Part shown: piece by piece, positions 38,082 to 47,767 of the stretch | How the letters are laid out: each line of letters begins with the position of its first letter | Numbering within the stretch: the first letter of the stretch is position 1 | IMG/VR virus record: IMGVR_UViG_3300027749_000040 | Span: 64,001 to 128,000 of that record | DNA: 64,000 nt | Strand: one strand, 5' to 3' | From: a virus | Notes under the pieces: model-generated | Databases searched by the model: none | What the model saw: the letters and a program-made list of their open reading frames with translations, nothing else | What the model was told of the DNA's origin: nothing | Position numbers and translations under genes: made by a program

Positions 38082-39621
38082 CGCACCGTCACTAGTAAAG
38101 AATCCTTATACCAAAACAGTTTTTAAAACTGATAAAGAACTACAGGATTTTATAAAATGCTGTGACCCTGATACAGGTTATCTATACTTTATGGATAACT
38201 TCTTTATCATACAACACCCTACTAAAGGGAGTATGGTTTATCATCCGTGGTCCTATCAAAAACGATTGATTGAAACCTATCATAATTATAGATTTTCAAT
38301 CTCATTGATGCCACGACAATCAGGTAAATCAACTTCAGCCGCAGGATATCTACTCTGGTACGCCATGTTTGTACCTGATAGTACTATCTTAGTTGCGGCA
38401 CATAAGTATACAGGTGCACAGGAGATTATGCAACGTATACGTTATGCATACGAAAACTGTCCTGACTATATTAAAGCAGGTGTAACAACATACAACAAAG
38501 GCTCATTAGACTTTGAAAACGGTAGTCGTATTGTTAGTGCTACAACTACTGAAAATACAGGTCGTGGTATGTCTATCACACTATTATATCTTGACGAGTT
38601 TGCATTCGTTAGACCAAGTATTGCTAAGGAATTCTGGACAGCTATCACACCCACACTAAGTACTGGTGGTAAAGCTATTATCACAAGTACACCAAACAGT
38701 GATGAGGATCAATTTGCTTATATTTGGAAGGGTGCTAACAAGACAGAAGATGATTTTGGTAACACAACAGAATTAGGTGTCAATGGCTTCAGAGCGTATA
38801 GAGCGCATTGGAGTGAACAACCCGGAAGAGATCAAAAGTGGGCTGATGAAATAAAAGCACAACTCGGTGAAGATCGTTTCAACCGAGAAATTGGTTGTGA
38901 GTTCATTATCGCTGATGAAACACTGATTAATCCAAATACATTGATTGCTTTGGAAGGGATTGAGCCCGTTAAACGTATAGGACAAGTTCGTTGGTATGAC
39001 ACTCCTTTAAAGGGTAACTTGTATTGTGTAGGTTTAGATCCAAGTCTAGGTACAGGCGGTGATCCGGCAGCTATTCAAATCTTTGAAGCAAACACAACTA
39101 AGCAGATTGGTGAATGGAAACATAATAAAACTGATATACCTAGCCAAATCAAACTACTATCTCAGATTAACAAATACATAGCAGAATGTACAGGTGAGCC
39201 CAACAACATCTATTACAGTATTGAGTGTAACGGTATTGGAGAAGCCGCAATTGTATCATTAAACGAATACGGAGAATCGGGTATTCCGGGTGTCTTTATT
39301 AGTGAAACTGGTAAAGGTCGTAGAGGATTCAATACAACGAACAAGAGTAAGTTAGCAAGCTGTGCCAAATTTAAAACTCTAGTTGAAAGCAAGAGAATGA
39401 CTATAAATAGTCGTAGTCTTATCAGTGAGTTAAAAGCGTTTGTAGCACACGGGGGCAGTTATGCCGCCAAAATAGGTGATACAGACGATTTGATTATGGC
39501 TAGCTTATTAGTAACACGTATGCTACAACAATTGAGTGACTATCATTTTGATTTAGAGAACCAGATTCGTGACCATGATGAGTATATTGCACCCCTACCG
39601 TTCTTTGCGGTGATGAGCTAA
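38074..39621 (+). CDS. terL: Terminase large subunit (T4 gp17-like)
   Basis: PRQSGKST Walker A, LYLDEFAF Walker B, ITSTPN, GLDPS nuclease Asp, DDLIMA. Confidence 0.93.
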   Translation: MSNAPSLVKNPYTKTVFKTDKELQDFIKCCDPDTGYLYFMDNFFIIQHPTKGSMVYHPWSYQKRLIETYHNYRFSISLMPRQSGKSTSAAGYLLWYAMFVPDSTILVAAHKYTGAQEIMQRIRYAYENCPDYIKAGVTTYNKGSLDFENGSRIVSATTTENTGRGMSITLLYLDEFAFVRPSIAKEFWTAITPTLSTGGKAIITSTPNSDEDQFAYIWKGANKTEDDFGNTTELGVNGFRAYRAHWSEQPGRDQKWADEIKAQLGEDRFNREIGCEFIIADETLINPNTLIALEGIEPVKRIGQVRWYDTPLKGNLYCVGLDPSLGTGGDPAAIQIFEANTTKQIGEWKHNKTDIPSQIKLLSQINKYIAECTGEPNNIYYSIECNGIGEAAIVSLNEYGESGIPGVFISETGKGRRGFNTTNKSKLASCAKFKTLVESKRMTINSRSLISELKAFVAHGGSYAAKIGDTDDLIMASLLVTRMLQQLSDYHFDLENQIRDHDEYIAPLPFFAVMS

Positions 39622-39642
39622 GAGGTAAAAGATAAATACATT

Positions 39643-41547
39643 ATGCCAAAAAACACAGAATCTTTGAATCGTTCACTTTTCGACCTATTGCATAGCAAGG
39701 GTCTTGATCCTACTATGTTAAGCACTGCAGGTAAGGAAATTCCTACCCCTGAAGAAGCAGAAGTTTTCCAATTTAACTTTGTTAAAGACGGAGAAGACTA
39801 TGGAACAGTTACTATCTCTATTGATGGACTACATAAATTAACAGTTTATTTTGGTGACGAAGTAGCTAATAGTGAAAAAGAAGAATTAGAATCTGATGAC
39901 ATATCTTGGTATAAATTATTAAATCAATTGAAGAAGTTTTCACAAAAATATCAATTGAGTTTTGAATTACGGAATTTAAGCAACTTAAAGCACGACATGG
40001 CAAAGAGGGAATATATGAAGAAAAAAGAATCAATTGCAGAAGGTTACTACCCAATGGGCAGAAAAGCAAGTTACAGTGATGCTGTACCTAGCGTAAAGAT
40101 TGTGTTGCAACATAGTCGCCAAATCGAAGAAGGCGAACAACGTTATCGTAATGTTGAACGTATCTTCTTAGAGAATGAACAGGGTGAAAGATTCTTAGCA
40201 CCAACTACAAGACCTGGCATTGCACGTGTATATGCTAGACATATTGCAGAAGGTGGTATGCCACATGACGAACGTTGGAACCACATTGGTAGTTTATGTG
40301 AAGAATATAGTAAGATGGCTGGATTTGTTCGTGCTACTCGCAGTGGTCAATTTACAGAATCAACACAGAAATTGATTGCTGAGGGTATTAATCACTATCA
40401 ATCATTGCGTGAGTCATTAAGTAAATTAGCAGGTCACCGTGGTTATAATGCGTACTTTGAATCATGGAGTCCTCCATTAATGGAAGATGATAGCGACATG
40501 AGTAACATCAACGAATTGTTTGTACAAGAAACAGTTGATCCACGGATTGAATCAGTAATGCCAATACTGTCTAAGCTACAGAAGAAGATTAGTGAAATGT
40601 CAGAAGTTACTGAATTAAGTGAATGGGCAGATAAGTTAATTGAAGGTGACGAAGATATTGAAGATGACCAAGCCGATGATGCGGCAGATGATGCTGAAGA
40701 AGAATTAACAGAAGCTCCTGGCGCAGAGACATTAGGTCATAATGTAAGAACGGATGCTAAGAATTTAAGAGCATTTGATTTAGAGGAAGAAGAAAGTCTA
40801 ACAAGTAATAATCCACAAGGCGTTCCAGAAAGTGCTGAAGATAATCCAGTAGCCGGCGCTATTACTCGTAGAATATTATCACAACGATTAGACTTGTTAA
40901 AGAAGTACGGTCCTGTAGCAGTTACACAAGCTATCGATGACATTGCAGATTTCGTTGGTGACACTGATGAAATTGGTTCAAGTGATGTAAGTGGTTGGAT
41001 CAAACAAATAGAACAAACATTAGGTGGAGTTGATGAAGGTATACTAAACACACTAAAGAAAGTTGGCGGCAAAGTGTTAGACACATTAGGTCACGAAGAT
41101 GATGTGTTAAAAGACTTGCAAAAGAAAGCTGGCATACCTGCTCATGCACAACACGGTAAGCCTAACATGGCTCAATCTAACGAAAAAGAAGTTGATGAAA
41201 GTGCATTACAAGCATACTTGGGTGATAAGAAGTATGGTAAAGATGGTATGGATGCATTGCGTGATGCAGGTCGTGACCATGCTAGCGAGAAAACAATGCA
41301 AAACATTCGTGCCAAATATAGTAACAAAGAAGTTGCAGAAAAATTTGATCCATTGAAACATATTGATAAAGACAAACAAACTCCTGATATTAAGAAGGCA
41401 GCTAAAGATGTTAAGCAAGGTAGCTATGCTGACCGTGCGGCATTGATGAAGGCAGGCGGAGTTAAAGATGACCGCGGTCCACGTGGTGTAACAATGGCAG
41501 AAGGTCAAGATGACTTGGATACTATCAAACGATTATTGAGAAGATAA
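39643..41547 (+). CDS. Acidic hypothetical protein, possibly head/core-associated
   Basis: Follows terminase; late-type GATAAATA upstream; many hydrophobic-x-E sites in the C-terminal half. Confidence 0.55.
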   Translation: MPKNTESLNRSLFDLLHSKGLDPTMLSTAGKEIPTPEEAEVFQFNFVKDGEDYGTVTISIDGLHKLTVYFGDEVANSEKEELESDDISWYKLLNQLKKFSQKYQLSFELRNLSNLKHDMAKREYMKKKESIAEGYYPMGRKASYSDAVPSVKIVLQHSRQIEEGEQRYRNVERIFLENEQGERFLAPTTRPGIARVYARHIAEGGMPHDERWNHIGSLCEEYSKMAGFVRATRSGQFTESTQKLIAEGINHYQSLRESLSKLAGHRGYNAYFESWSPPLMEDDSDMSNINELFVQETVDPRIESVMPILSKLQKKISEMSEVTELSEWADKLIEGDEDIEDDQADDAADDAEEELTEAPGAETLGHNVRTDAKNLRAFDLEEEESLTSNNPQGVPESAEDNPVAGAITRRILSQRLDLLKKYGPVAVTQAIDDIADFVGDTDEIGSSDVSGWIKQIEQTLGGVDEGILNTLKKVGGKVLDTLGHEDDVLKDLQKKAGIPAHAQHGKPNMAQSNEKEVDESALQAYLGDKKYGKDGMDALRDAGRDHASEKTMQNIRAKYSNKEVAEKFDPLKHIDKDKQTPDIKKAAKDVKQGSYADRAALMKAGGVKDDRGPRGVTMAEGQDDLDTIKRLLRR

Positions 41548-42476
41548 TGCGTATTGATGAAGTTGTTCGTGTGCAGAATCCAATGGGCGGTGACTACAAG
41601 TCACAGCTTGATAGAGACCGTGCCGCTGCCGCAGTAAGAGCACAACGTCAAGCAAATAGAGAAATTTCCAATCGTGGTCCTGTATCTGGAGCAAAGTCTG
41701 GTACTGATCCACAGGGTGGTATGTTCACTCCAGGAGCAGTCACTACTAAATCTTATAACAATGCATTGACTAAACAGTTTGCAAGACCTGCAGGTCAAGG
41801 TAAAGGTTTAGATATAATGGGTAAACCATTACAACAACCTGTACAACGTAAAGTTGAACCTGCAACCCAAACAACACAACCCACACAACAAACACCGCAA
41901 CCTACACAGGCAGCGCAACAAAATCAATCATGGGTAGGGCAAAATACTGATATACCCGCAGTGCAACGCAAACAACAAGCACAACAGGGTCAACCATCAA
42001 CGACACCACCTGTAGTTGCAAAAACTCCGAATTTCAGTGGAGGTTCAACTGGTTACGCTACTGCGAATACTACATTCAAACCACCGGTAACAAAACCTGC
42101 ACAACAGCCAGTACAACAACCAACTACGCAACCTGCGGCCCAAACAACTGCGACTGCTGGAACCAGCGCACCCGCAACTACTTCTACTACTGTACCGCAA
42201 CAAACTGCACCACAAACAACCGATCGTCCTAATCCATATATGACACCTCAGGCAAATACACCAAGTGAGCCTGAACAACCGCAGACAATGCCAAATGAGC
42301 CAGTTAAAATTGGTGGACAAAAATTAAACCCGAATGATCCTAGTGATGCTAAGATATTGCAGATGATACAAAAACAATTACCACAAATGCCCACACCGCA
42401 AGTAGCGGCTGTAAAACAAGTAGCAGACAAAACTCTTGCTACACGCAGACGAAACAAGCCAAAGAAGCGTTTCTAA
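41547..42476 (+). CDS. Gln/Pro/Thr-rich low-complexity protein
   Basis: TAATG-coupled; QQPTTQP-type tracts; basic C-terminus. Confidence 0.65.
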   Translation: MRIDEVVRVQNPMGGDYKSQLDRDRAAAAVRAQRQANREISNRGPVSGAKSGTDPQGGMFTPGAVTTKSYNNALTKQFARPAGQGKGLDIMGKPLQQPVQRKVEPATQTTQPTQQTPQPTQAAQQNQSWVGQNTDIPAVQRKQQAQQGQPSTTPPVVAKTPNFSGGSTGYATANTTFKPPVTKPAQQPVQQPTTQPAAQTTATAGTSAPATTSTTVPQQTAPQTTDRPNPYMTPQANTPSEPEQPQTMPNEPVKIGGQKLNPNDPSDAKILQMIQKQLPQMPTPQVAAVKQVADKTLATRRRNKPKKRF

Positions 42477-42487
42477 AAAGGGTAAAT

Positions 42488-42511
42488 AAACCGCATAAAA
42501 ATATGCGGTTT
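42488..42511. terminator. Hairpin, probable terminator
   Basis: AAACCGCATA-AAAA-TATGCGGTTT. Confidence 0.55.
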
Positions 42512-42524
42512 CCCACATATGGCA

Positions 42525-42562
42525 TAAATACTATTGACATGAGAGTAAAGTACTGCTATACT
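42525..42562 (+). promoter_or_regulatory. Tandem late (TAAATA) and sigma70 promoters for the SSB gene
   Basis: TAAATA 42525-42530; TTGACA 42534, 17-nt spacer, TATACT 42557. Confidence 0.7.
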
Positions 42563-42639
42563 TACACTTGTGTTAGACATTCATGGTGAGTGTCGAATAC
42601 TAAAACAGAGACCATCTCAATTTTATTAAGGAAAATATC

Positions 42640-43635
42640 ATGGCATCATTAGCAGACATTCGTGCTCGTATCGCGGCACAAGAAAACAAAACAAGCAATA
42701 AGGGTTCTAACACCCAATCTGATAACTCAGTTTACGCACACTGGAACATGGATGAAGGCACTACTGCCAGCATTCGTTTCTTACCAGATGGTAACTCAAA
42801 GAATGATTTCTTTTGGGTAGAAAAACAAATTATCAAACTTCCATTCAATGGCGTTAAAGGTGATTCTAACGTTAAACGTATTGAAGTACAAGTACCGTGT
42901 GTAGAAATGTATGGTGATAACTGCCCTATCTTGGCAGAAGTTCGTCCTTGGTATAAAGACGAATCATTGAAAGAAATGGCAAACAAGTATTGGAAGAAGC
43001 GTAGTTATCTATTCCAAGGTTTTGTTCGTCAGAACCCACTTGGTGATGACAAGACACCTGCGAACCCTATTCGTAGATTCATCATCAGCCCACAAATCAT
43101 CCCAATTGTTAAAGCTGGATTGATGGATCCAGAGATTGAAGAATTGCCAACAGACTTCTTGCGTGGTCTTGACTTTAACATCAAGAAAACAAGCAAAGGT
43201 GGTTATGCTGATTACTCAACAAGTAACTGGGCACGTAAAGAAACTCCTCTAACAGAAGCAGAACAAACTGCTATTGAAGCGCATGGATTATTTGACCTTG
43301 CTAGCTTTCTTCCAAAGAAGCCCGGAGAAGCAGAATTGCGTATCATCAAAGAAATGTTTGAAGCATCAGTTGATGGTCAACCGTATGACAATGAACGCTG
43401 GGGTAATTACTATCGTCCATATGGATTAGAAGCACCAGCAGGAGCTACGGCACAAACAACAGCGACTATTGCAACCAGCGCACCCGTAGCAACTCCTGTA
43501 GCAGGAACTTCTACTACACCCTGGGATGAAGAAGCATCTACAACATCATCGGCTCCTATTGAAGTTCCAAAAACAACTTCAACGGATAAAGCACAAGACA
43601 TCTTAGCGATGATTCGTGCTAGACAAAATAAGTAA
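42640..43635 (+). CDS. Single-stranded DNA-binding protein (T4 gp32-like)
   Basis: IRFLP, C..CP, KRSY, DFNIKK..GYADYSTS; located upstream of UvsX. Confidence 0.85.
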   Translation: MASLADIRARIAAQENKTSNKGSNTQSDNSVYAHWNMDEGTTASIRFLPDGNSKNDFFWVEKQIIKLPFNGVKGDSNVKRIEVQVPCVEMYGDNCPILAEVRPWYKDESLKEMANKYWKKRSYLFQGFVRQNPLGDDKTPANPIRRFIISPQIIPIVKAGLMDPEIEELPTDFLRGLDFNIKKTSKGGYADYSTSNWARKETPLTEAEQTAIEAHGLFDLASFLPKKPGEAELRIIKEMFEASVDGQPYDNERWGNYYRPYGLEAPAGATAQTTATIATSAPVATPVAGTSTTPWDEEASTTSSAPIEVPKTTSTDKAQDILAMIRARQNK

Positions 43636-43680
43636 TACTTATTGGATAGGGAGCACTTGCTTCCTTCCTTAGGAACCACG

Positions 43681-43911
43681 ATGACACTACCAGACGAACG
43701 CTACCGCGCCATTAAGCAAGGTAAAAAACTGTTAGAGGAACTATGCGACCCAGGTCGTACACCTAGGGTGCCGGGCATCATTAGAGATAGAGCTAGAGGT
43801 GCATTAAGACATTTCCCGCAAGATTGGGAAATTGATTCAATGGCAGAAAAATGTCCAGATATGCTAGACAAACAACCATTCAGCGTGTATACTAATGGCA
43901 TACACAAATAA
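43681..43911 (+). CDS. Hypothetical protein
   Basis: Start re-called at ATG after AGGAA; MTLPDERYRA...TPRVP...LRHFP. Confidence 0.65.
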   Translation: MTLPDERYRAIKQGKKLLEELCDPGRTPRVPGIIRDRARGALRHFPQDWEIDSMAEKCPDMLDKQPFSVYTNGIHK

Positions 43912-43924
43912 CAAGGAGAATAAT

Positions 43925-44119
43925 ATGGCTAAGAAATTAAACAAACTAGAAAAAGTAAATGAATCATTTACGGTCAATCGATATGATAACGGCTTTATGA
44001 TTGAAGTCGGTGGAAGAGACAAAGAGAATGATTGGAAAACTTGTAAAATTATGTGCGCTACTGAGGTAGAACTTTTTGAAGTAATCAAAGAAGCACTTAG
44101 TATAGAAATGGATAATTAA
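43925..44119 (+). CDS. Hypothetical protein
   Basis: AAGGAG RBS; start re-called. Confidence 0.7.
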   Translation: MAKKLNKLEKVNESFTVNRYDNGFMIEVGGRDKENDWKTCKIMCATEVELFEVIKEALSIEMDN

Positions 44120-45187
44120 ATGGGAAAACCTTTTGACGTAAGTAAATTCCGCAAGGATATTACAAAAAGTATTGAAGGATTATCAATAGGATTTAACGAT
44201 CCTACCGATTGGATCTCGACAGGAAATTATGCTCTCAACTACCTCATTAGTGGTGATTTTAATAAAGGCGTACCTCTTGGTAAAGTTACTGTCTTTGCCG
44301 GAGAGTCAGGCGCCGGAAAATCATTTATCTGCTCAGGAAACCTCGTCAGACACGCACAACAACAAGGAATCTTTGTAGTCTTAATTGATAGCGAAAATGC
44401 ACTTGACGAAGCATGGTTACACGCACTGGGTGTATCTACTGCGGAAGATAAACTACTAAAACTTAACATGGCAATGATTGATGAAGTGGGAAAAACTATT
44501 TCTATGTTCGTCAAAGATTACAAAGCATTACCGGAAACAGATCGTCCTAAGGTATTGTTTGTTGTTGATAGTTTAGGCATGCTATTGACACCAACTGATG
44601 TTAATCAATTTGAAGCAGGTGACATGAAGGGTGACATGGGTCGTAAACCTAAAGCACTGACTGCACTTGTTCGTAACTGTGTAAACATGTTTGGTAGTCT
44701 AGGCATCGGCTTAGTTGCAACTAATCACACATATGCTTCACAAGATATGTTTGATCCAGATGATAAAATCAGTGGTGGTCAAGGTTTTGTCTATGCATCA
44801 AGTATTGTTGTTGCTATGAAGAAATTGAAACTTAAAGAAGATGAAGATGGTAATAAGATTAGTGAAGTGCGAGGTATTCGTGCGGCATGTAAAATTATGA
44901 AAACTCGTTATGCAAAACCATTTGAAAGTGTTCAAGTTAAGATTCCATATGAGACAGGTATGAGTCCCTACTCAGGCATGCTAGACATGATGGAGAAGGC
45001 AGAGCTTGTTAAAAAAGAAGGTAACAGTTTAGTCTATACAACACTTGATGGTGAAATCATTAAGAAGTTTCGTAAGGCATGGGAAGCAAACACAGACGGT
45101 TGCTTAGACACAGTTATGTCTGAGTATGGTAAAAAATCAAATTCAAAGATAAGTAATGTATCATCGGAGGAGGATGTTACAGCATGA
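44120..45187 (+). CDS. uvsX: RecA-like recombinase (UvsX)
   Basis: STGNYALN, GESGAGKS, DSENA, VVDSLG, TNH, SGG. Confidence 0.92.
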   Translation: MGKPFDVSKFRKDITKSIEGLSIGFNDPTDWISTGNYALNYLISGDFNKGVPLGKVTVFAGESGAGKSFICSGNLVRHAQQQGIFVVLIDSENALDEAWLHALGVSTAEDKLLKLNMAMIDEVGKTISMFVKDYKALPETDRPKVLFVVDSLGMLLTPTDVNQFEAGDMKGDMGRKPKALTALVRNCVNMFGSLGIGLVATNHTYASQDMFDPDDKISGGQGFVYASSIVVAMKKLKLKEDEDGNKISEVRGIRAACKIMKTRYAKPFESVQVKIPYETGMSPYSGMLDMMEKAELVKKEGNSLVYTTLDGEIIKKFRKAWEANTDGCLDTVMSEYGKKSNSKISNVSSEEDVTA

Positions 45188-45435
45188 ACTTAGATTTTGT
45201 TGCAGAAGTGTGGGACGCATTGCGTTCGCATATTGATTTAAATGACCGTAGCGAAGCGGCCGATTCACTAGTCAATCTACTGATTGATAACAACTACGAA
45301 GCTGAAGATATCAAAAATGCCTTTAAGGGCGAGAAAGAAGTTATTACTGCACTCAAAGAGTATATAGCACAGCATGATACTGAAGAATCGTATGAAGATT
45401 ATGATGAAGATGACGCAGACGAAGAATGGGATTAA
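45184..45435 (+). CDS. Hypothetical acidic protein
   Basis: ATGA-coupled. Confidence 0.7.
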   Translation: MNLDFVAEVWDALRSHIDLNDRSEAADSLVNLLIDNNYEAEDIKNAFKGEKEVITALKEYIAQHDTEESYEDYDEDDADEEWD

Positions 45436-45894
45436 ATGAACTGGTATACTCGTATCACACAAAATCTTGGTGTGATACCCGATTTCATAACTCACTATGA
45501 AGCTGAATTAATTTTGGCTAAACAAGAAGTCAAGATATATGGCAATGTTGAAAAGAACATTGCCGCTATCCCGGGTGTAACTGAACACCGTTTTAATCAA
45601 CTGCAAGAGATTGAAGCGGTGCTTAACTATCTCAATATACAATTACGGAGAATTCGCCGAAAACATTTTCAAAAATATTTAGAAGCGTATAATAGGGCAT
45701 TGACAAGCCGTGATGCTGAAAAGTACGCAGAAGGTGAAGATGAAGTAATTGATATGGAAGTGTTGATTAACGAAGTTGCCTTATTACGCAATAGATGGCT
45801 TGGCATTATGAAGGGTCTCGAAGCCAAACAATGGCAGATGGGACATATCGTGCGACTACGCACTAGTGGAATGGAAGATATTACAATTGGCTAA
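45436..45894 (+). CDS. uvsY: Recombination mediator, UvsY-like
   Basis: Helical ~150 aa, RALTSRDAEKYAEG; near UvsX. Confidence 0.7.
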   Translation: MNWYTRITQNLGVIPDFITHYEAELILAKQEVKIYGNVEKNIAAIPGVTEHRFNQLQEIEAVLNYLNIQLRRIRRKHFQKYLEAYNRALTSRDAEKYAEGEDEVIDMEVLINEVALLRNRWLGIMKGLEAKQWQMGHIVRLRTSGMEDITIG

Positions 45895-46732
45895 TTATAA
45901 CTTAAGCAAACAACTTGCAAATATAAATATCCGTAGTTCACAAATAACTAATAATGGTTATGGTGCAACGCCTACTATCTCGATAACCGGTACTAGTGGA
46001 GCCATCGCCGGTGGATATAGTGCTCAAACTATAAACTTAGGTAATTTAGAATTTGGATTTAATGATGATGTTAAAAAATACGAAGTCTATGAAATCAGCC
46101 AAGACCTATTAGCACTGAGCGTATGTTGGGCACGATATCGTAAGACTAGGGACACATTGCCGCACCTGCCTCAACCTACTATCACTAAACTATTAGACAG
46201 TGAATTGTTTCGCTTAGTAAGTGAAGACGATATTGCACACGCTAATATTATCCGTGATTATTACAGCAAGAAAATCATGGTATTAAAATTGAAGAATACA
46301 GGCTTTACCTCTTTCCGTGAAGATTTGAATACCTTTATTCACAGTGATGGTAAGATGTTTAAAGAAAACATGATGCCATTAGCATATCGTCTTCCTGAAT
46401 TCTATGAGTATGATGTTGAGTTTGAAAAAATGTTATTTGATTTCAACAGAGAAGTTAAGCGCATGGATCAACCTCATGTCGTTGACACCAAACAATTGAA
46501 GTTTGTAAAACAGCTATCAGTCAACACTAAACGCTACAAGCGCAAAGAATATTGGTTTAGTGACAGGTCTAATAATCTAGTGAACATTAATATAGATACT
46601 AGTAATCCATTGATTTCATTGATGGATATGACAGTGAATAAAAATGACATTACTATTAAAGGCAAATTTAAAAAATGTTCACGTGATGGTAATGAGTTTA
46701 TAAAAACTGATAACAAGTTTACATTTGTGTAA
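45866..46732 (+). CDS. Hypothetical protein
   Basis: Long ORF; exact start uncertain. Confidence 0.65.
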   Translation: MEWKILQLANYNLSKQLANINIRSSQITNNGYGATPTISITGTSGAIAGGYSAQTINLGNLEFGFNDDVKKYEVYEISQDLLALSVCWARYRKTRDTLPHLPQPTITKLLDSELFRLVSEDDIAHANIIRDYYSKKIMVLKLKNTGFTSFREDLNTFIHSDGKMFKENMMPLAYRLPEFYEYDVEFEKMLFDFNREVKRMDQPHVVDTKQLKFVKQLSVNTKRYKRKEYWFSDRSNNLVNINIDTSNPLISLMDMTVNKNDITIKGKFKKCSRDGNEFIKTDNKFTFV

Positions 46733-46741
46733 ATATGATTA

Positions 46742-47767
46742 ATGGATCAATATCAATTAGTCTCACGCTGGATACAAGGCAAGATACCCGGTAAAATACT
46801 ACCCTGGCAGATAGACTTAGACACTACTAATATCTGCAATCAAGCCTGCTATTACTGTAACACCGAGCAATTCAGAAATGATATGCCGGTTTACCAGTCT
46901 GTGGAACAATATATTAAATTAATTGACAGACTACACAACTGGCGTAAGTATGACAGTAATGTCATAGGAACATTAAGTAATGTGATCTTTAGTGGTGGAG
47001 GGGAACCCACATTACTTCCTGGATATGAAGATTTATTAGAAGACGTAATTGATAAAGGTTATGTTGCCGCAATGAATACTAACGGCACAAAACTACACAA
47101 GATACTGACAATTGATACAGATAAACTAAAGCAAATGGCTTATATAGGTTTAGATATTGACAGCGGGAATCCTGATACATATGAGTTAATACGCAAAAGC
47201 AAAATGTCGGATAGTCCCTTCAATAGAGTCAAAGAGACAGCAAAAGAATTAGGTAGTAAAGGTGTTCCGTTAGATATAAAAGCATTACTCATGCCTGAGA
47301 ATACAAGCCAATTAGAAATTAACAGTATATTTGAATATGCAAGAGATGTAAAAGCACGTGCAGTCCATTTACGCCCAATGGTATTGAATGGGCATAGTTT
47401 CATTATGAATGATGAAGTCAATACTAGAATAAAAATTGCAAGTGAGTTTTATAAAATCAATGCAGACATATCACTTGGGAGATATGACACAAGAACATAT
47501 ACACGATGCCATCAGATGTTTTTGTTTCCTAATTTCTGTGCCGATGGTAACATTTATCTATGCTGTGAGTATAAAGGCAGAGAAGATACTAAACTAGGAT
47601 CTTGGATCGATGATGACTTTAGAGATATATGGTGTAGTGATAAACACAAAGAAATTTACGATAATTTTATAACAAGTTTCTGTAAACCATGCAGACCCAA
47701 TTCAACTAATAATAAAATACAAAATTCTATTAATGATTATAGTCAGGTTATTAAGGGATTTATTTAA
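46742..47767 (+). CDS. Radical SAM protein with C-terminal SPASM/twitch domain
   Basis: CNQACYYC, SGGGEPT, NTNG; C...GNIYLCC...C..C. Confidence 0.9.
   Translation: MDQYQLVSRWIQGKIPGKILPWQIDLDTTNICNQACYYCNTEQFRNDMPVYQSVEQYIKLIDRLHNWRKYDSNVIGTLSNVIFSGGGEPTLLPGYEDLLEDVIDKGYVAAMNTNGTKLHKILTIDTDKLKQMAYIGLDIDSGNPDTYELIRKSKMSDSPFNRVKETAKELGSKGVPLDIKALLMPENTSQLEINSIFEYARDVKARAVHLRPMVLNGHSFIMNDEVNTRIKIASEFYKINADISLGRYDTRTYTRCHQMFLFPNFCADGNIYLCCEYKGREDTKLGSWIDDDFRDIWCSDKHKEIYDNFITSFCKPCRPNSTNNKIQNSINDYSQVIKGFI

Noticed and set aside
38074-39621. Intein or intron in terminase (also checked thyA, UvsX, helicases)
   Set aside because: Lengths and motif spacing are normal; no splice-junction motifs seen
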